A stretch of DNA of 64,000 nucleotides from Acidobacteriota bacterium (lineage in GTDB: Bacteria; Acidobacteriota; Polarisedimenticolia; J045), in NCBI GenBank assembly GCA_030949985.1, contig JAUZRX010000063.1, forward strand, positions 6,855 to 70,854, given 5' to 3'. Both the position numbers and the translations under genes were made by a program. The notes below the pieces were generated by a model. The model worked only from the letters and a program-made list of their open reading frames with translations. It did not search any database and was not told where the DNA came from. Below are positions 37,001 through 45,033 of this stretch, in pieces (position 1 is the first letter of the stretch; every line of letters starts with the position of its first letter).

Positions 37001-37790
37001 CGTCGACCGGTCGCAGGGCGACCAGCGCCAGGGCCAGCACGACCGCCGCCGCACCGCCCAGCACCCGCCAGCGCGGGGCGACGCGCCGGCGAGTGACGAC
37101 CAGGACGGCGGCCAGGCCCACGACCAGTCCCAGCCAGGCACCCAGCGAGGCGGTCAGCACCAGCCCGAGGAGGATCAGCGGCAGGCAGGCGATGACCAGC
37201 GGCCGGGAGGACCCGCGGTCCGCCAGGACAGCGACGGCGGCCAGTCCCGCCAGCACCAGCGCCCCGGCCAGGGCGGCGGGCACCACGTGGGTGCCGAACA
37301 CCCGCCCGTGTTCGAGGCGCAGGATCATCTCGGCGGGCAGGCCGAGTCGCCGGGCCGCGGCCGCATCGAGGGCCATCAGTCCCAGACGCTGGGCCAGGGC
37401 CAGCAGCCCGAGACCCGCGCCGATCAGCGCCAGCACGAGCGGTACCTTCGCCCGGGCCGCCGCGCCGGCACCCCGGGCGGCCCAGAAAGCGGCGAGGGCC
37501 AGCACCCAACCGGCGACCACGCCGAGGCTGCGACCCGGAGCGAGGGAGACCGCGAAGTGAAAACCACCCAGCCCCACCACGCACAGGGCGGTGACGATCC
37601 CCGGGGCGGGGACAGCCACCCACAGCGCGGGAGCGAGAATCAGCGCCAGCAGAACGCCGGACAGGGGGTGAACCTCCGGCGGCAGTCCCAAGGCGATCCC
37701 GCCGGCCACGGCCACGAGAGCCGCCGGCCAGGTTCGGCGATCGACGCCCCTGGACGAGGTGTCGACAGGGCCATGACCTTCGGCCGTCAT
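34065..37790 (-). CDS. Giant polytopic protein with two O-antigen-ligase (Wzy_C)-like signatures and C-terminal TPR domain
   Basis: 1,241 aa, more than 20 TM helices. Motif 1 SETLYAHNSWLQIAAEGGWPALALL; motif 2 TFSGPHSDPLALLLALGLPAG. C-terminal about 250 aa are soluble TPR-like repeats. ATG overlaps the upstream stop (ATGA at 37787-37790). Confidence 0.7.
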   Translation of the reverse strand: MTAEGHGPVDTSSRGVDRRTWPAALVAVAGGIALGLPPEVHPLSGVLLALILAPALWVAVPAPGIVTALCVVGLGGFHFAVSLAPGRSLGVVAGWVLALAAFWAARGAGAAARAKVPLVLALIGAGLGLLALAQRLGLMALDAAAARRLGLPAEMILRLEHGRVFGTHVVPAALAGALVLAGLAAVAVLADRGSSRPLVIACLPLILLGLVLTASLGAWLGLVVGLAAVLVVTRRRVAPRWRVLGGAAAVVLALALVALRPVDVADLSRPDNPLRLRLGNWRGAVLMATAQPVTGTGLGSFGALYPRYRRAGDSETLYAHNSWLQIAAEGGWPALALLCAAAVFFFRRWRGVSGAGDGLWLLAALLAFVVHNLVDFTAYLPGVAVPAAILAGMVFARPGASDRPPTGAAPFVARAIALVLLLAAGGWWSMETASRGLMDRAMLEAAERPVSAAEVAARAARIAPWSTSRTVTAGNLLLAAGDRRSLAVLGGLLQVPLRLDSASPAPWHLLARWRLARGEVSAAWEAYRLAAIRHPAASAIRRQIEAIERAFDEKGLIGAESVPAPGEGSVPASAPAWQPWDDTLVLVGGLILLVVAVSLRRSGLVGALAVALSLVCLISAFGEGGALPGVRLVRAVVVAFAVLAWLLARSPEGRGRWPAWGGGAALVLGAWAALAAACAPAPLAARDGWLSLLTAGAILGLSFFLARENPHWIRICLTVVAAAAGLEAGLWLVQKGLLAAGVAVASRAPPLGTPNPLRPAGDFLHPGHLGTFLVVGAAALLGAGIRVSRGRALLALLLVFAGLSGGSRASLLALVAAGGVFASCASSRRLRRAVTAVVVVALVFGAAVVVWRLGYGDPYAWTRTRIWRAALEALFDRPWLGFGPGGFGPLAPRWSFEDPGSVARWSRTFSGPHSDPLALLLALGLPAGLIALALGGLGWCRAWAAARRAGSLAPVAALAAVSALLAHGLVDDLFSERPATWVVASLLAGVCLAGVARDRSGWVFEGCARRRAVALAVILAVVAGEVLPWAADRAFRAGRPEWALRLEPRSGRYALAMLERPVGRLAHVDSSRERALLARRMRPYDPLAWVRWAELEERLCRDLLPEQGACARALAGWSAALARRPEDVFARRHRARLRAHLGRLHAAEDDLRIALHTEPNFLAARLDLARVLIEQGRAGPACEQWSALESLARRLSGVRPDSRRGSALLRLSAREVAGVRQRCEALSPVTGDTGDRPAEGG

Positions 37791-39292
37791 GGAGCGCCCT
37801 GCGCGTCGGGCCCCGTCCGATGGACCCGGTAGACAGTGAAGTACATCGGATCGGGCCCCCGGACGAACATCCCGTCAAAGCGGAACAGGCCGATCCGCTC
37901 GAGCGCCAGGCCGGGGATCTCCCGCCGCAGCGGCTCGGGCGCGATCTCCACCAGCACCTCCGGGGGATGGAGGGCGAGGTAACGATCGATCGCACCCTCC
38001 CTTTTGAAGGGTACGATTTCGGGAGTCGCCAACCCATTGAGATCGAGGATCCTGCGTCCCGAGAGCAGTCCCAGGGCCCCGATGTTCGGTGTGGCGATCA
38101 CCGCGTCGAGGGGCGTTTCGGCGGCCAGACGCCGGGCCAGGGGGAAGACCACGGTCTGCATCGAGCGGCCGTAGGCCCGGGTCCGGGGCACCACGACGGT
38201 GGTGGCCAGCACCAGGTTGCCCGCCAGCGTCGCAGCCACCACGCCGCCCCACAGCCAGTTTCCCCGCACGCCATCCAGCCTCCGCGCCGCCGCCACCATC
38301 CCGGCCATGCCCACGGCCACCACCAGCGCGGTCAGGGGCAGCAGGTAGCGCGTGTAGACCCGGACGTGGCGTAGGGCATAGACCAGCAACAGCAGCACGG
38401 CGAACAGGAGCACGACGCGCACCAGGTCGCCGCGCCCCGGGGCGCGCTCCGAGCGCGCCTCGCCCTCCCCCGCCCAGAGCCACGCGGCGACCGGCAGGAA
38501 CAGCAGGGCCGGCAGCTGGGTCGACGCGACAACCACCAGGACTCGAGCGGCGGCTTCGGAAGCCCCGATGTTCATCGCGCCCAGGCTGCCCTTGGCCGCC
38601 ATGGTCGAGGGCAGCACGGTGCCCCAGGTCCGCAACGCGAAGACGCTCCAGGCCACGGCCACCAGTCCTCCCGCGAGCAGGTCCCCGGCCAGTCGGGACT
38701 CCCTGCCGCGGAAAGCCCGCCAGGCCTCCATGAGCACCACCGCGAAAGTGAACAGGGCCAGCTCGGGTCGCACCAACGGAGCGACGGCCAGCAGGAGGCT
38801 GCCCAGGCGATCGACGAGGCTGCCCCGCCCGGCCCGCACCCGGATCAGCGCCGCCCCGCACACCACGGCCACCGCCAGACCGGTCTCCATGCCGCTCCAC
38901 AGCCAGCGCGCGGTCCAGGCATCGGCCGCCAGCGCGAGGCTGGTGGCCCACGCCGCCCGTACATCGCCGGCCAGGCATCCGGCGAGCCGGGATGCGCAGA
39001 TGATGCCCACCACCCAGAAAAAAGCGGAGAGGAACTGGGCGACCCGCACTCCCCCGAAACCCACCTTGCCCAGCGACACCAGGGTCAGCAGCCAGGCTCC
39101 GGAAGAGGCGACGTCGACGTTCTGATGAGGGTTGAATCCCCAACCGCGGCCGGAGAGCACGTTGTCGACCACGCGCAGATAGATGAACAGGTCGTCCGGC
39201 TGAAAGTCGAGACAGGGCAAGGCGGCGACCACTGCCGCCAGGGCGGGGAGCATCGCCGCCCATCGGTGCGTGTGCTGCCCGCTGTCGATCAC
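37787..39292 (-). CDS. GT-C-superfamily-like integral membrane glycosyltransferase (putative)
   Basis: 501 aa. TM1 followed by LDFQPDDLFIYLRVVDNVLSGRGWGFNP (acidic DD loop motif as in ArnT/PMT/arabinosyltransferases), about 11 TM helices, soluble C-terminal domain. GTG at 39292 or ATG at 39253. Confidence 0.45.
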   Translation of the reverse strand: MIDSGQHTHRWAAMLPALAAVVAALPCLDFQPDDLFIYLRVVDNVLSGRGWGFNPHQNVDVASSGAWLLTLVSLGKVGFGGVRVAQFLSAFFWVVGIICASRLAGCLAGDVRAAWATSLALAADAWTARWLWSGMETGLAVAVVCGAALIRVRAGRGSLVDRLGSLLLAVAPLVRPELALFTFAVVLMEAWRAFRGRESRLAGDLLAGGLVAVAWSVFALRTWGTVLPSTMAAKGSLGAMNIGASEAAARVLVVVASTQLPALLFLPVAAWLWAGEGEARSERAPGRGDLVRVVLLFAVLLLLVYALRHVRVYTRYLLPLTALVVAVGMAGMVAAARRLDGVRGNWLWGGVVAATLAGNLVLATTVVVPRTRAYGRSMQTVVFPLARRLAAETPLDAVIATPNIGALGLLSGRRILDLNGLATPEIVPFKREGAIDRYLALHPPEVLVEIAPEPLRREIPGLALERIGLFRFDGMFVRGPDPMYFTVYRVHRTGPDAQGAP

Positions 39293-39448
39293 AAAGGTGA
39301 AGGCTCCCGCCGTGGACTGGATCTCCGCACGCTCATCCCGGAGACATCATACTCGCAGCGCGCCTTTTGGGAACCCGCCCTGCCGCCCAACACTGCGGAT
39401 GCGACCCTGACACGGGGCGCCCCATGATCCTCCACCCGGAGCCGAGGA

Positions 39449-39922
39449 TCAGTCGGGAGCGTTGAGAAAGCCCCCGTCGGCGAAAACGATGTCGTAATCG
39501 AACTCTCGAGCCGTCGCGCGGGATATGTTCTGAGGGCCGTCGACCCCGTCCCGGCCGTAGCTCTCGATCGTGTAATGGCTGCTGCCCGAGCTGTAGGCCA
39601 GGTCGTTTCCCCAGGCGTCGGTCGTCTCGACCCGCTTGTAGACCTGATCCGACAAGGCCGCCGACAACTCGGCTGCGGTAATGCCGTTGCGCGGGAATGC
39701 GCTGTGGTCGTTCGAGTAGGCCTCGACGGCCGTGCCGACGTTGCGGATGGTGGTCATGGTCTTGCGCTGGCGGCTCTTGTCGAGAGCAGACTGGAGATTG
39801 ACTACCGCGATGGCGGCGATGATACCGATCACGGCGACGGTGACCAGCAGTTCGACGAGAGTGAACCCCAGCGCCTGCCCGTACCGCGCGCGGGGACCGA
39901 GAGAATCCCTGTCCTTCTCCAT
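39449..39922 (-). CDS. Type IV pilin (second, minor or alternative pilin) with 19-aa leader
   Basis: [30 protein letters not shown]|FTLVELLVTVAVIGIIAAIAVVNL (G-1, F+1, E+5). C-domain shares …RQ(R/K)KTM…VGTAVEAYS…SYG(R/K)DG…FD(Y/D)DI(V/I)F(A/Q)DG(G/A)F… with pilA. Confidence 0.85.
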   Translation of the reverse strand: MEKDRDSLGPRARYGQALGFTLVELLVTVAVIGIIAAIAVVNLQSALDKSRQRKTMTTIRNVGTAVEAYSNDHSAFPRNGITAAELSAALSDQVYKRVETTDAWGNDLAYSSGSSHYTIESYGRDGVDGPQNISRATAREFDYDIVFADGGFLNAPD

Positions 39923-40007
39923 CTCCCTCCTCCTCCACGATCCTCCCCCGGCGAAAAGAAACCGGGGGCAGGCAGCGAGGCCCGCCCCCGGCCATCTCGC
40001 CCAAGGG

Positions 40008-40466
40008 CTACTGCTGCTGGCCTTCAGGCCACTGGACGAAGGCACCATCCTGGAAAATGATGTCATCGTCGAAGCTGGTGGTCTTACCGCCGGTGGCGGT
40101 GGTCTTGGTGCCGTCCTTTCCGTAGGACCGGACCGTGTAGTTGGCCCCTCCGGTGGCGGACTGGTACTTCAGGGCGTTGCTCCAGCCATCGTCATCCGGG
40201 CACTTCTTGATGTAGACCGGCTCGAGGTGGGTGTCGAGATTCCCGTTGACATCCGACTCGGTGGTGATGGTGGGGTAACGGTTGTTGTCCACCGAGTAGG
40301 CCTCGACAGCCGTGCCGACACTGCGCATATCGGCCATGGTCCGCTTCTGACGACCACGGTCGATGGCGTTGAGCAGGTTCGGGATGGCGATCGCGGCGAT
40401 AATGCCGATGATGGCCACCACGATCAGCAACTCGATGAGGGTGAATCCACGTTCGTTCCGACGCAT
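40008..40466 (-). CDS. pilA: Type IVa major pilin PilA
   Basis: GGGAGG RBS. MRRNERG|FTLIELLIVVAIIGIIAAIAIPNLL, a classic class III signal. 152 aa. Thr/Ser/Gly-rich C-terminal stretch KDGTKTTATGGKTTSFDDD. Confidence 0.9.
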   Translation of the reverse strand: MRRNERGFTLIELLIVVAIIGIIAAIAIPNLLNAIDRGRQKRTMADMRSVGTAVEAYSVDNNRYPTITTESDVNGNLDTHLEPVYIKKCPDDDGWSNALKYQSATGGANYTVRSYGKDGTKTTATGGKTTSFDDDIIFQDGAFVQWPEGQQQ

Positions 40467-40516
40467 GCTTTTGTTTCCTCCCTTAAAGCCTTAAGGTTTT
40501 CCGGACACTGTCTCCA

Positions 40517-40532
40517 AGCAATCTCGGTGCCA
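40517..40532 (-). promoter_or_regulatory. Sigma-54 (RpoN) promoter TGGCAC-N5-TTGCT upstream of pilA
   Basis: Minus strand reads TGGCACCGAGATTGCT about 50 nt upstream of the pilA ATG. A perfect -24 GG/-12 GC match, consistent with the adjacent sigma-54 activator PilR. Confidence 0.75.
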
Positions 40533-40660
40533 GAAAGGCCACTGTCCAGCATTTCGTTTAACTCCAATAGATACTTAAAGTTACATGGCCGCCCGCGGCC
40601 ACCTCGCCCCTTCCCTCGCCCGGACTGACATTCTGTGGCAAGTGGGGGTGACAATCCATG

Positions 40661-42085
40661 TCATTTCTTCCCCGCCGGGCCCGCTCCCACCAGGCCGGCC
40701 TCTTCGCGGGTGGATGAGCCCGCCGGACGCGCCGTCAGGCCGAACTTCTTCGCGAAGTAGCGGAACGAGCGAAACGTCATGCCCAGCCGCCGGGCCGCCT
40801 TCGTCTGGACGCCACCGGCCTGTTCGAGAGCCTGCTGCATGAAAACCCTGCGCTGCTCGTCGAGATAGCTTTCGAGGTCGAAGTCTTCGGGCATCGTTCC
40901 CGCTCCGGCCACCGGCAGTCCCGAACCGCCCCTGATTTCCACGGGAAGCAGATCCTCGCGCAGTTCACCCCCACTCGACAGGGCGACCATGCGCTCGAGA
41001 ACATTCTCGAGTTCCCGAACATTGCCCGGCCACGAGTAGCGGGAGAAAGCCGCGATCACCGCCGGTTCGACGGCCAGGTCTCTTCGCCCCAGCCGCTCGC
41101 CCTGCCGCAGCAGGAAGGCGGCGACCAGCTCGGGGATGTCTTCCGCCCGCTCCCGCAACGGCGGGACCTCGACCCGAATCACGTTGATCCTGTAGTAGAG
41201 GTCCTCCCGGAAGCGCCCCTCCCGGACCAGTGTGTCGAGATCCCGGTGAGTCGCAGCCAGGATACGGACGTCGATGGGAATCTCCTCGGAGCCGCCGACC
41301 CGCCGGATCCGGCGATCTTGCAGCACGCGCAGCAGCTTGACCTGCATCTGGGCCGGCATGTCGCCGATCTCGTCGAGGAAGAGAGTCCCGCCCTCGGCGG
41401 CCTCCACCAGGCCGCGCCGAGCCCGGTCCGCCCCCGTAAACGCCCCCTTGACGTGCCCGAAGAGTTCGGACTCCAGCAGGCTCGCGGGAATCGCCCCGCA
41501 ATTGATGCCGATGAAGGGATGCTCCCGGCGGGGCGAGGCCTGATGGATCGCCCGGGCGACGACCTCCTTGCCGCTTCCGGACTCACCGGTGATCAGAACC
41601 GTACTCTCGGTCGCGGCGATCCGGCCCACCACATCCCGCAGTTCCTGGGTCCGTCCGCAACTCCCGATCAGGCGCCCCTCGAGTTGCAGCCGGCTGCGCA
41701 GGCGACGGTTTTCCGCGCTCAGTCGGGCATGCCCCAGGGCCCGCCGCACGTGGAGTTGCATCTCCTCCACGTTGAAGGGCTTTTCGAGGTAGTTCACAGC
41801 CCCGTGCCGCATCGCCTCGATCGCCGTCTCCTTCGAGCCATAGGCCGTGATCACCATCGAAGGCGTCTCGGGCCGGGCCTCGCGAATCCGCCTCAGCAGC
41901 GCCAGGCCATCCATACCCGGCATGGAAAGGTCGGTGATGACCAGGTCGATATCTTCGGTCTCGAAGACCTCCAGGGCCTTCTCGGCGGAGGAAGCGCAAA
42001 GCACCCTGTGCCCGTCGGAGCGCAGGGCGGCGCGCAGCACCTCACGGATTCCTGCCTCGTCATCGACGACCAGAATCAGCGACAT
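40661..42085 (-). CDS. pilR: Sigma-54-dependent response regulator PilR (NtrC family)
   Basis: REC domain ([12 protein letters not shown]…[14 protein letters not shown]), AAA+ sigma-54 interaction domain ([21 protein letters not shown]), C-terminal Fis-type HTH. Confidence 0.9.
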   Translation of the reverse strand: MSLILVVDDEAGIREVLRAALRSDGHRVLCASSAEKALEVFETEDIDLVITDLSMPGMDGLALLRRIREARPETPSMVITAYGSKETAIEAMRHGAVNYLEKPFNVEEMQLHVRRALGHARLSAENRRLRSRLQLEGRLIGSCGRTQELRDVVGRIAATESTVLITGESGSGKEVVARAIHQASPRREHPFIGINCGAIPASLLESELFGHVKGAFTGADRARRGLVEAAEGGTLFLDEIGDMPAQMQVKLLRVLQDRRIRRVGGSEEIPIDVRILAATHRDLDTLVREGRFREDLYYRINVIRVEVPPLRERAEDIPELVAAFLLRQGERLGRRDLAVEPAVIAAFSRYSWPGNVRELENVLERMVALSSGGELREDLLPVEIRGGSGLPVAGAGTMPEDFDLESYLDEQRRVFMQQALEQAGGVQTKAARRLGMTFRSFRYFAKKFGLTARPAGSSTREEAGLVGAGPAGKK

Positions 42086-43740
42086 CAGCGTTCCCCCCCC
42101 GGGGCCTCTGCCGCGGCGGCTGCGGCCACCGGAACCTGGGCAGCGGGCAGAATCAGGCGTATCTCGGTCCCGCGGCCCGGCTGGGAGACCACCTGCACCC
42201 GGCCTCCCTGCTCCTCGATGATGCGATAGACGATCGCCGCACCCAGCCCCGCTCCCGTCTCGAAGCGCCCCTGGAAGGGCTGGAAGATGGCCTTCAAGGT
42301 GGCGTCATCCATGCCGTGCCCCTCGTCGCGGAAAGAGACCTGCACCTCGTCGCCGCCGTGGCCCTCGACCCGGATCCACAGGGTGCCCCCGTCGGGCATC
42401 GCCTTCAGGGCGTTGGAGGCCAGGTTCCAGAAGACCTGGCGCATGCTGTCGGGGTCGACGAGCGCCCGTGCGCAGCCGGGCCCGGCGATCACCTCGACCC
42501 GGTGGCCGGGGTGCAACTCCGGGCTCTTGCGCAGCAGCCTGCCGAGCTGTTCCATCATCTCGACCAGGTCGCAGGGCCGGGGGTCGTGCCCCCCCGGGCG
42601 GGCGAACTTGAGAAAGTCTCGAATGATGCGATCGAGGCGGTCCGACTCGCGCAGCACGACCTCCCGCAACCTCCCGGCTTCTTCTTCGTCGCTGTTCCCG
42701 CTGGAGAGAACCTGCACCGAACCGCAGATCGCGGCGAGGGGATTGCGCAGCTCGTGCGCCATGCCGGCAGCCATCTCGCCCAGGGCCGCCATCCTCTCAC
42801 GGGTACGCACCTGCTGCTCGAGAGAGGCGATCTCGGTCAGGTCCTGGAACACGATCAACCAGCCCTGGTGCTCACCCTCCGGCCCCCGCAAGTAGGACAC
42901 GCTGAAGCCGAGAAACAGGCGTTGTCCGTCCGCCGGACGCCGCCAGTCCCGCTCGAAACGAAAGCGACGCCCGGCGGCCAGGTGCTGGCCGGCACCCTGG
43001 GGGAACGACTCGGGCAGGTCGAAAACCTCGGCTGCCCGCCGCCGACGAAGCTGAACCGGGTCGGCCCGCAGAATTTCCAGCCCCGCCCGATTGATGAACG
43101 AGATCCGGCCATCGGGCTCGGTCGTCATCAGCCCGGTGCCGATGGAAGCGACGATGTCGGCGTGCAGAGCGCGCAACGCGATCAAGTCCTGGCGCTGCTC
43201 TTCGAGCTCTTCCCCCTGCCGCTCGAGGCGGTCGGCCAGCACCCCCCCCAGGGCTCCCAGGGCGGCAAAGGCGACGAGGTGAGAGACCGCCAGATAGAGC
43301 GCCCGCCCCGGCGGCAATTCCGTGGGCGGCAGATGCCAGGACGACCACGCCAGGAGCAGGGCGTAGAAGCCGCCCAGGATGCCCGCCGTGTAGACCCCGC
43401 CCCGCAGCCCCGCGAGAGCCGCGGCCATCATCACCGGAACCGCCAGCAGGAAAGACAGCGGCGAAAGTCCGCCCCCCGTGGCGACCAGGAAGCCGAAAAC
43501 CAGCAGGGCGTCGCCGCAAACCTGAACCACCACCATCGGCGGACCGCCACCGAGGAAGCGATCGAGCAGGGCGTAGGTCAACACGGCGGCGTAGGCACAG
43601 CCGGACAGCAGGTAGAAGGGGGTCAGGGAGCGACCGGGGTTGAAAAGAACCTCGATCACCACCGAAGCCAGCAGGAGGCTCGTCACGGCCACCGCCCGTG
43701 CGACGTTCAGTCGTCTCAGGCTTCGCCGCCGGGGATCCAC
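42085..43740 (-). CDS. pilS: Sensor histidine kinase PilS
   Basis: GTG start with AGGAGG RBS. Six N-terminal TM helices, PAS, HisKA (AAGMAHELRNPLAAI), HATPase_c. Stop overlaps the pilR start (ATGA). Confidence 0.85.
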   Translation of the reverse strand: MDPRRRSLRRLNVARAVAVTSLLLASVVIEVLFNPGRSLTPFYLLSGCAYAAVLTYALLDRFLGGGPPMVVVQVCGDALLVFGFLVATGGGLSPLSFLLAVPVMMAAALAGLRGGVYTAGILGGFYALLLAWSSWHLPPTELPPGRALYLAVSHLVAFAALGALGGVLADRLERQGEELEEQRQDLIALRALHADIVASIGTGLMTTEPDGRISFINRAGLEILRADPVQLRRRRAAEVFDLPESFPQGAGQHLAAGRRFRFERDWRRPADGQRLFLGFSVSYLRGPEGEHQGWLIVFQDLTEIASLEQQVRTRERMAALGEMAAGMAHELRNPLAAICGSVQVLSSGNSDEEEAGRLREVVLRESDRLDRIIRDFLKFARPGGHDPRPCDLVEMMEQLGRLLRKSPELHPGHRVEVIAGPGCARALVDPDSMRQVFWNLASNALKAMPDGGTLWIRVEGHGGDEVQVSFRDEGHGMDDATLKAIFQPFQGRFETGAGLGAAIVYRIIEEQGGRVQVVSQPGRGTEIRLILPAAQVPVAAAAAAEAPGGER

Positions 43741-43815
43741 CTTACCCTACCTCCTGCCTGCCCTACGGGCCCCACCCAGCCGGCGTCTATCGCGCCACGG
43801 CAACCCCGAACGCGG

Positions 43816-45018
43816 TCAGCCGATCTTTCCGATGAGGCTGAACATCGGCATGTACATCGAAATCACGATGCCGCCGATGATGGTTCCGAGAAACACGATC
43901 ATGATCGGCTCGAGCAGGGACAGCAGGTTCTGGGTCGCCTCGTCCACCTCGTCTTCGTAGAAGTCGGCGATCTTGCTCAACATCGTGTCCATCGCGCCTG
44001 TCTGCTCTCCGACAGCGATCATCTGCACGACCATGTCGGGAAAGACCCGGGTCTCCCGCAGCGGTTCGGAAACCGTCTTACCTTCCTCGACGCTCCTCCG
44101 CACCTCGTAGATCGCATCCTCCACGATAGCGTTTCCGGAGGTTCGCGCGCAGATATCGAGGCCGTCGAGAATCGGCACGCCGGAGGAGGTCAGAGTCGAG
44201 AGCGTGCGGCAGAAACGAGAGACCGCGATCTTTCGCAGCAACATGCCGATCACGGGAATCTTCAGCAGCATCATGTCGATGACATGCCGCCCCTTGTCGG
44301 TCTTGTAGTACTGCTTGATGCCGAATCCGAGTCCAACCATGCCGCCGATCATCAGCCACCACCAGCGGCGGAGGAAATGACTCAGCGCGATGGTCAGCCG
44401 CGTGGGCATCGGCAGTTCCGCGCCCAGCCCGGTGAAGAGATCGGCGAAAACCGGGATCACGAAGGTCAGGATGACCCAGACCACGACTCCCGCGATGGCC
44501 AGTACCGCCACCGGGTAGATCAGCGCGCCCCGCACCGCCGCCTTGAGCTTGACGATCTTTTCGATGTAGACCGAAAGGCGCTGGAGAATCGTGTCCAGAA
44601 TACCGCCGGTCTCTCCCGCGGCGACCATGTTCGAGTAGAGGTCGTCGAAGACCCGCGGATGCTTGCGCATGGCATCGGCCAGCGTGGAGCCGGCTTCGAC
44701 ATCGGCCCGCACGGCGTTGAGCACGCCCTGAAAGACCTTGTTCGGCTGCTGTCCGGCCAGGATCTCGAGGCACTGCACGAGCGGCAGACCCGCGTCGATC
44801 ATCACTGAAAACTGGCGCGTGAAAACCGACAGCTCCTTCTGCTTGACGCCGCCGCGCAGTCGCGGCAAGGCGATCTCACGACCTTTTTCGGTGACCGAGG
44901 AAACGATGACGCCCTGGCGCCGGAGAGCTGCTACGGCCTCGTCCCGGGTCTTTGCATCGACCGTGCCTTCCCGGGCCTCACCTGTGCGCGTGCGACCCTT
45001 GTAGACGAAAGTAGCCAT
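43816..45018 (-). CDS. pilC: Type IV pilus platform protein PilC (GspF family)
   Basis: GGAGGAG RBS. Two GspF repeats (…FTRQFSVMIDAGLPLVQCLEIL…, …FCRTLSTLTSSGVPILDGLDIC…). 400 aa. Confidence 0.9.
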   Translation of the reverse strand: MATFVYKGRTRTGEAREGTVDAKTRDEAVAALRRQGVIVSSVTEKGREIALPRLRGGVKQKELSVFTRQFSVMIDAGLPLVQCLEILAGQQPNKVFQGVLNAVRADVEAGSTLADAMRKHPRVFDDLYSNMVAAGETGGILDTILQRLSVYIEKIVKLKAAVRGALIYPVAVLAIAGVVVWVILTFVIPVFADLFTGLGAELPMPTRLTIALSHFLRRWWWLMIGGMVGLGFGIKQYYKTDKGRHVIDMMLLKIPVIGMLLRKIAVSRFCRTLSTLTSSGVPILDGLDICARTSGNAIVEDAIYEVRRSVEEGKTVSEPLRETRVFPDMVVQMIAVGEQTGAMDTMLSKIADFYEDEVDEATQNLLSLLEPIMIVFLGTIIGGIVISMYMPMFSLIGKIG

Positions 45019-45033
45019 TGTGAATCTCTCCTC

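Noticed and set aside
39923-40007. Second sigma-54 promoter in front of the downstream pilin
   Set aside because: The only GG…GC candidate (TGGCCGGGGGCGGGCC) has wrong spacing and no TTGC element. Read-through from the pilA promoter or an unrecognised promoter is more likely.
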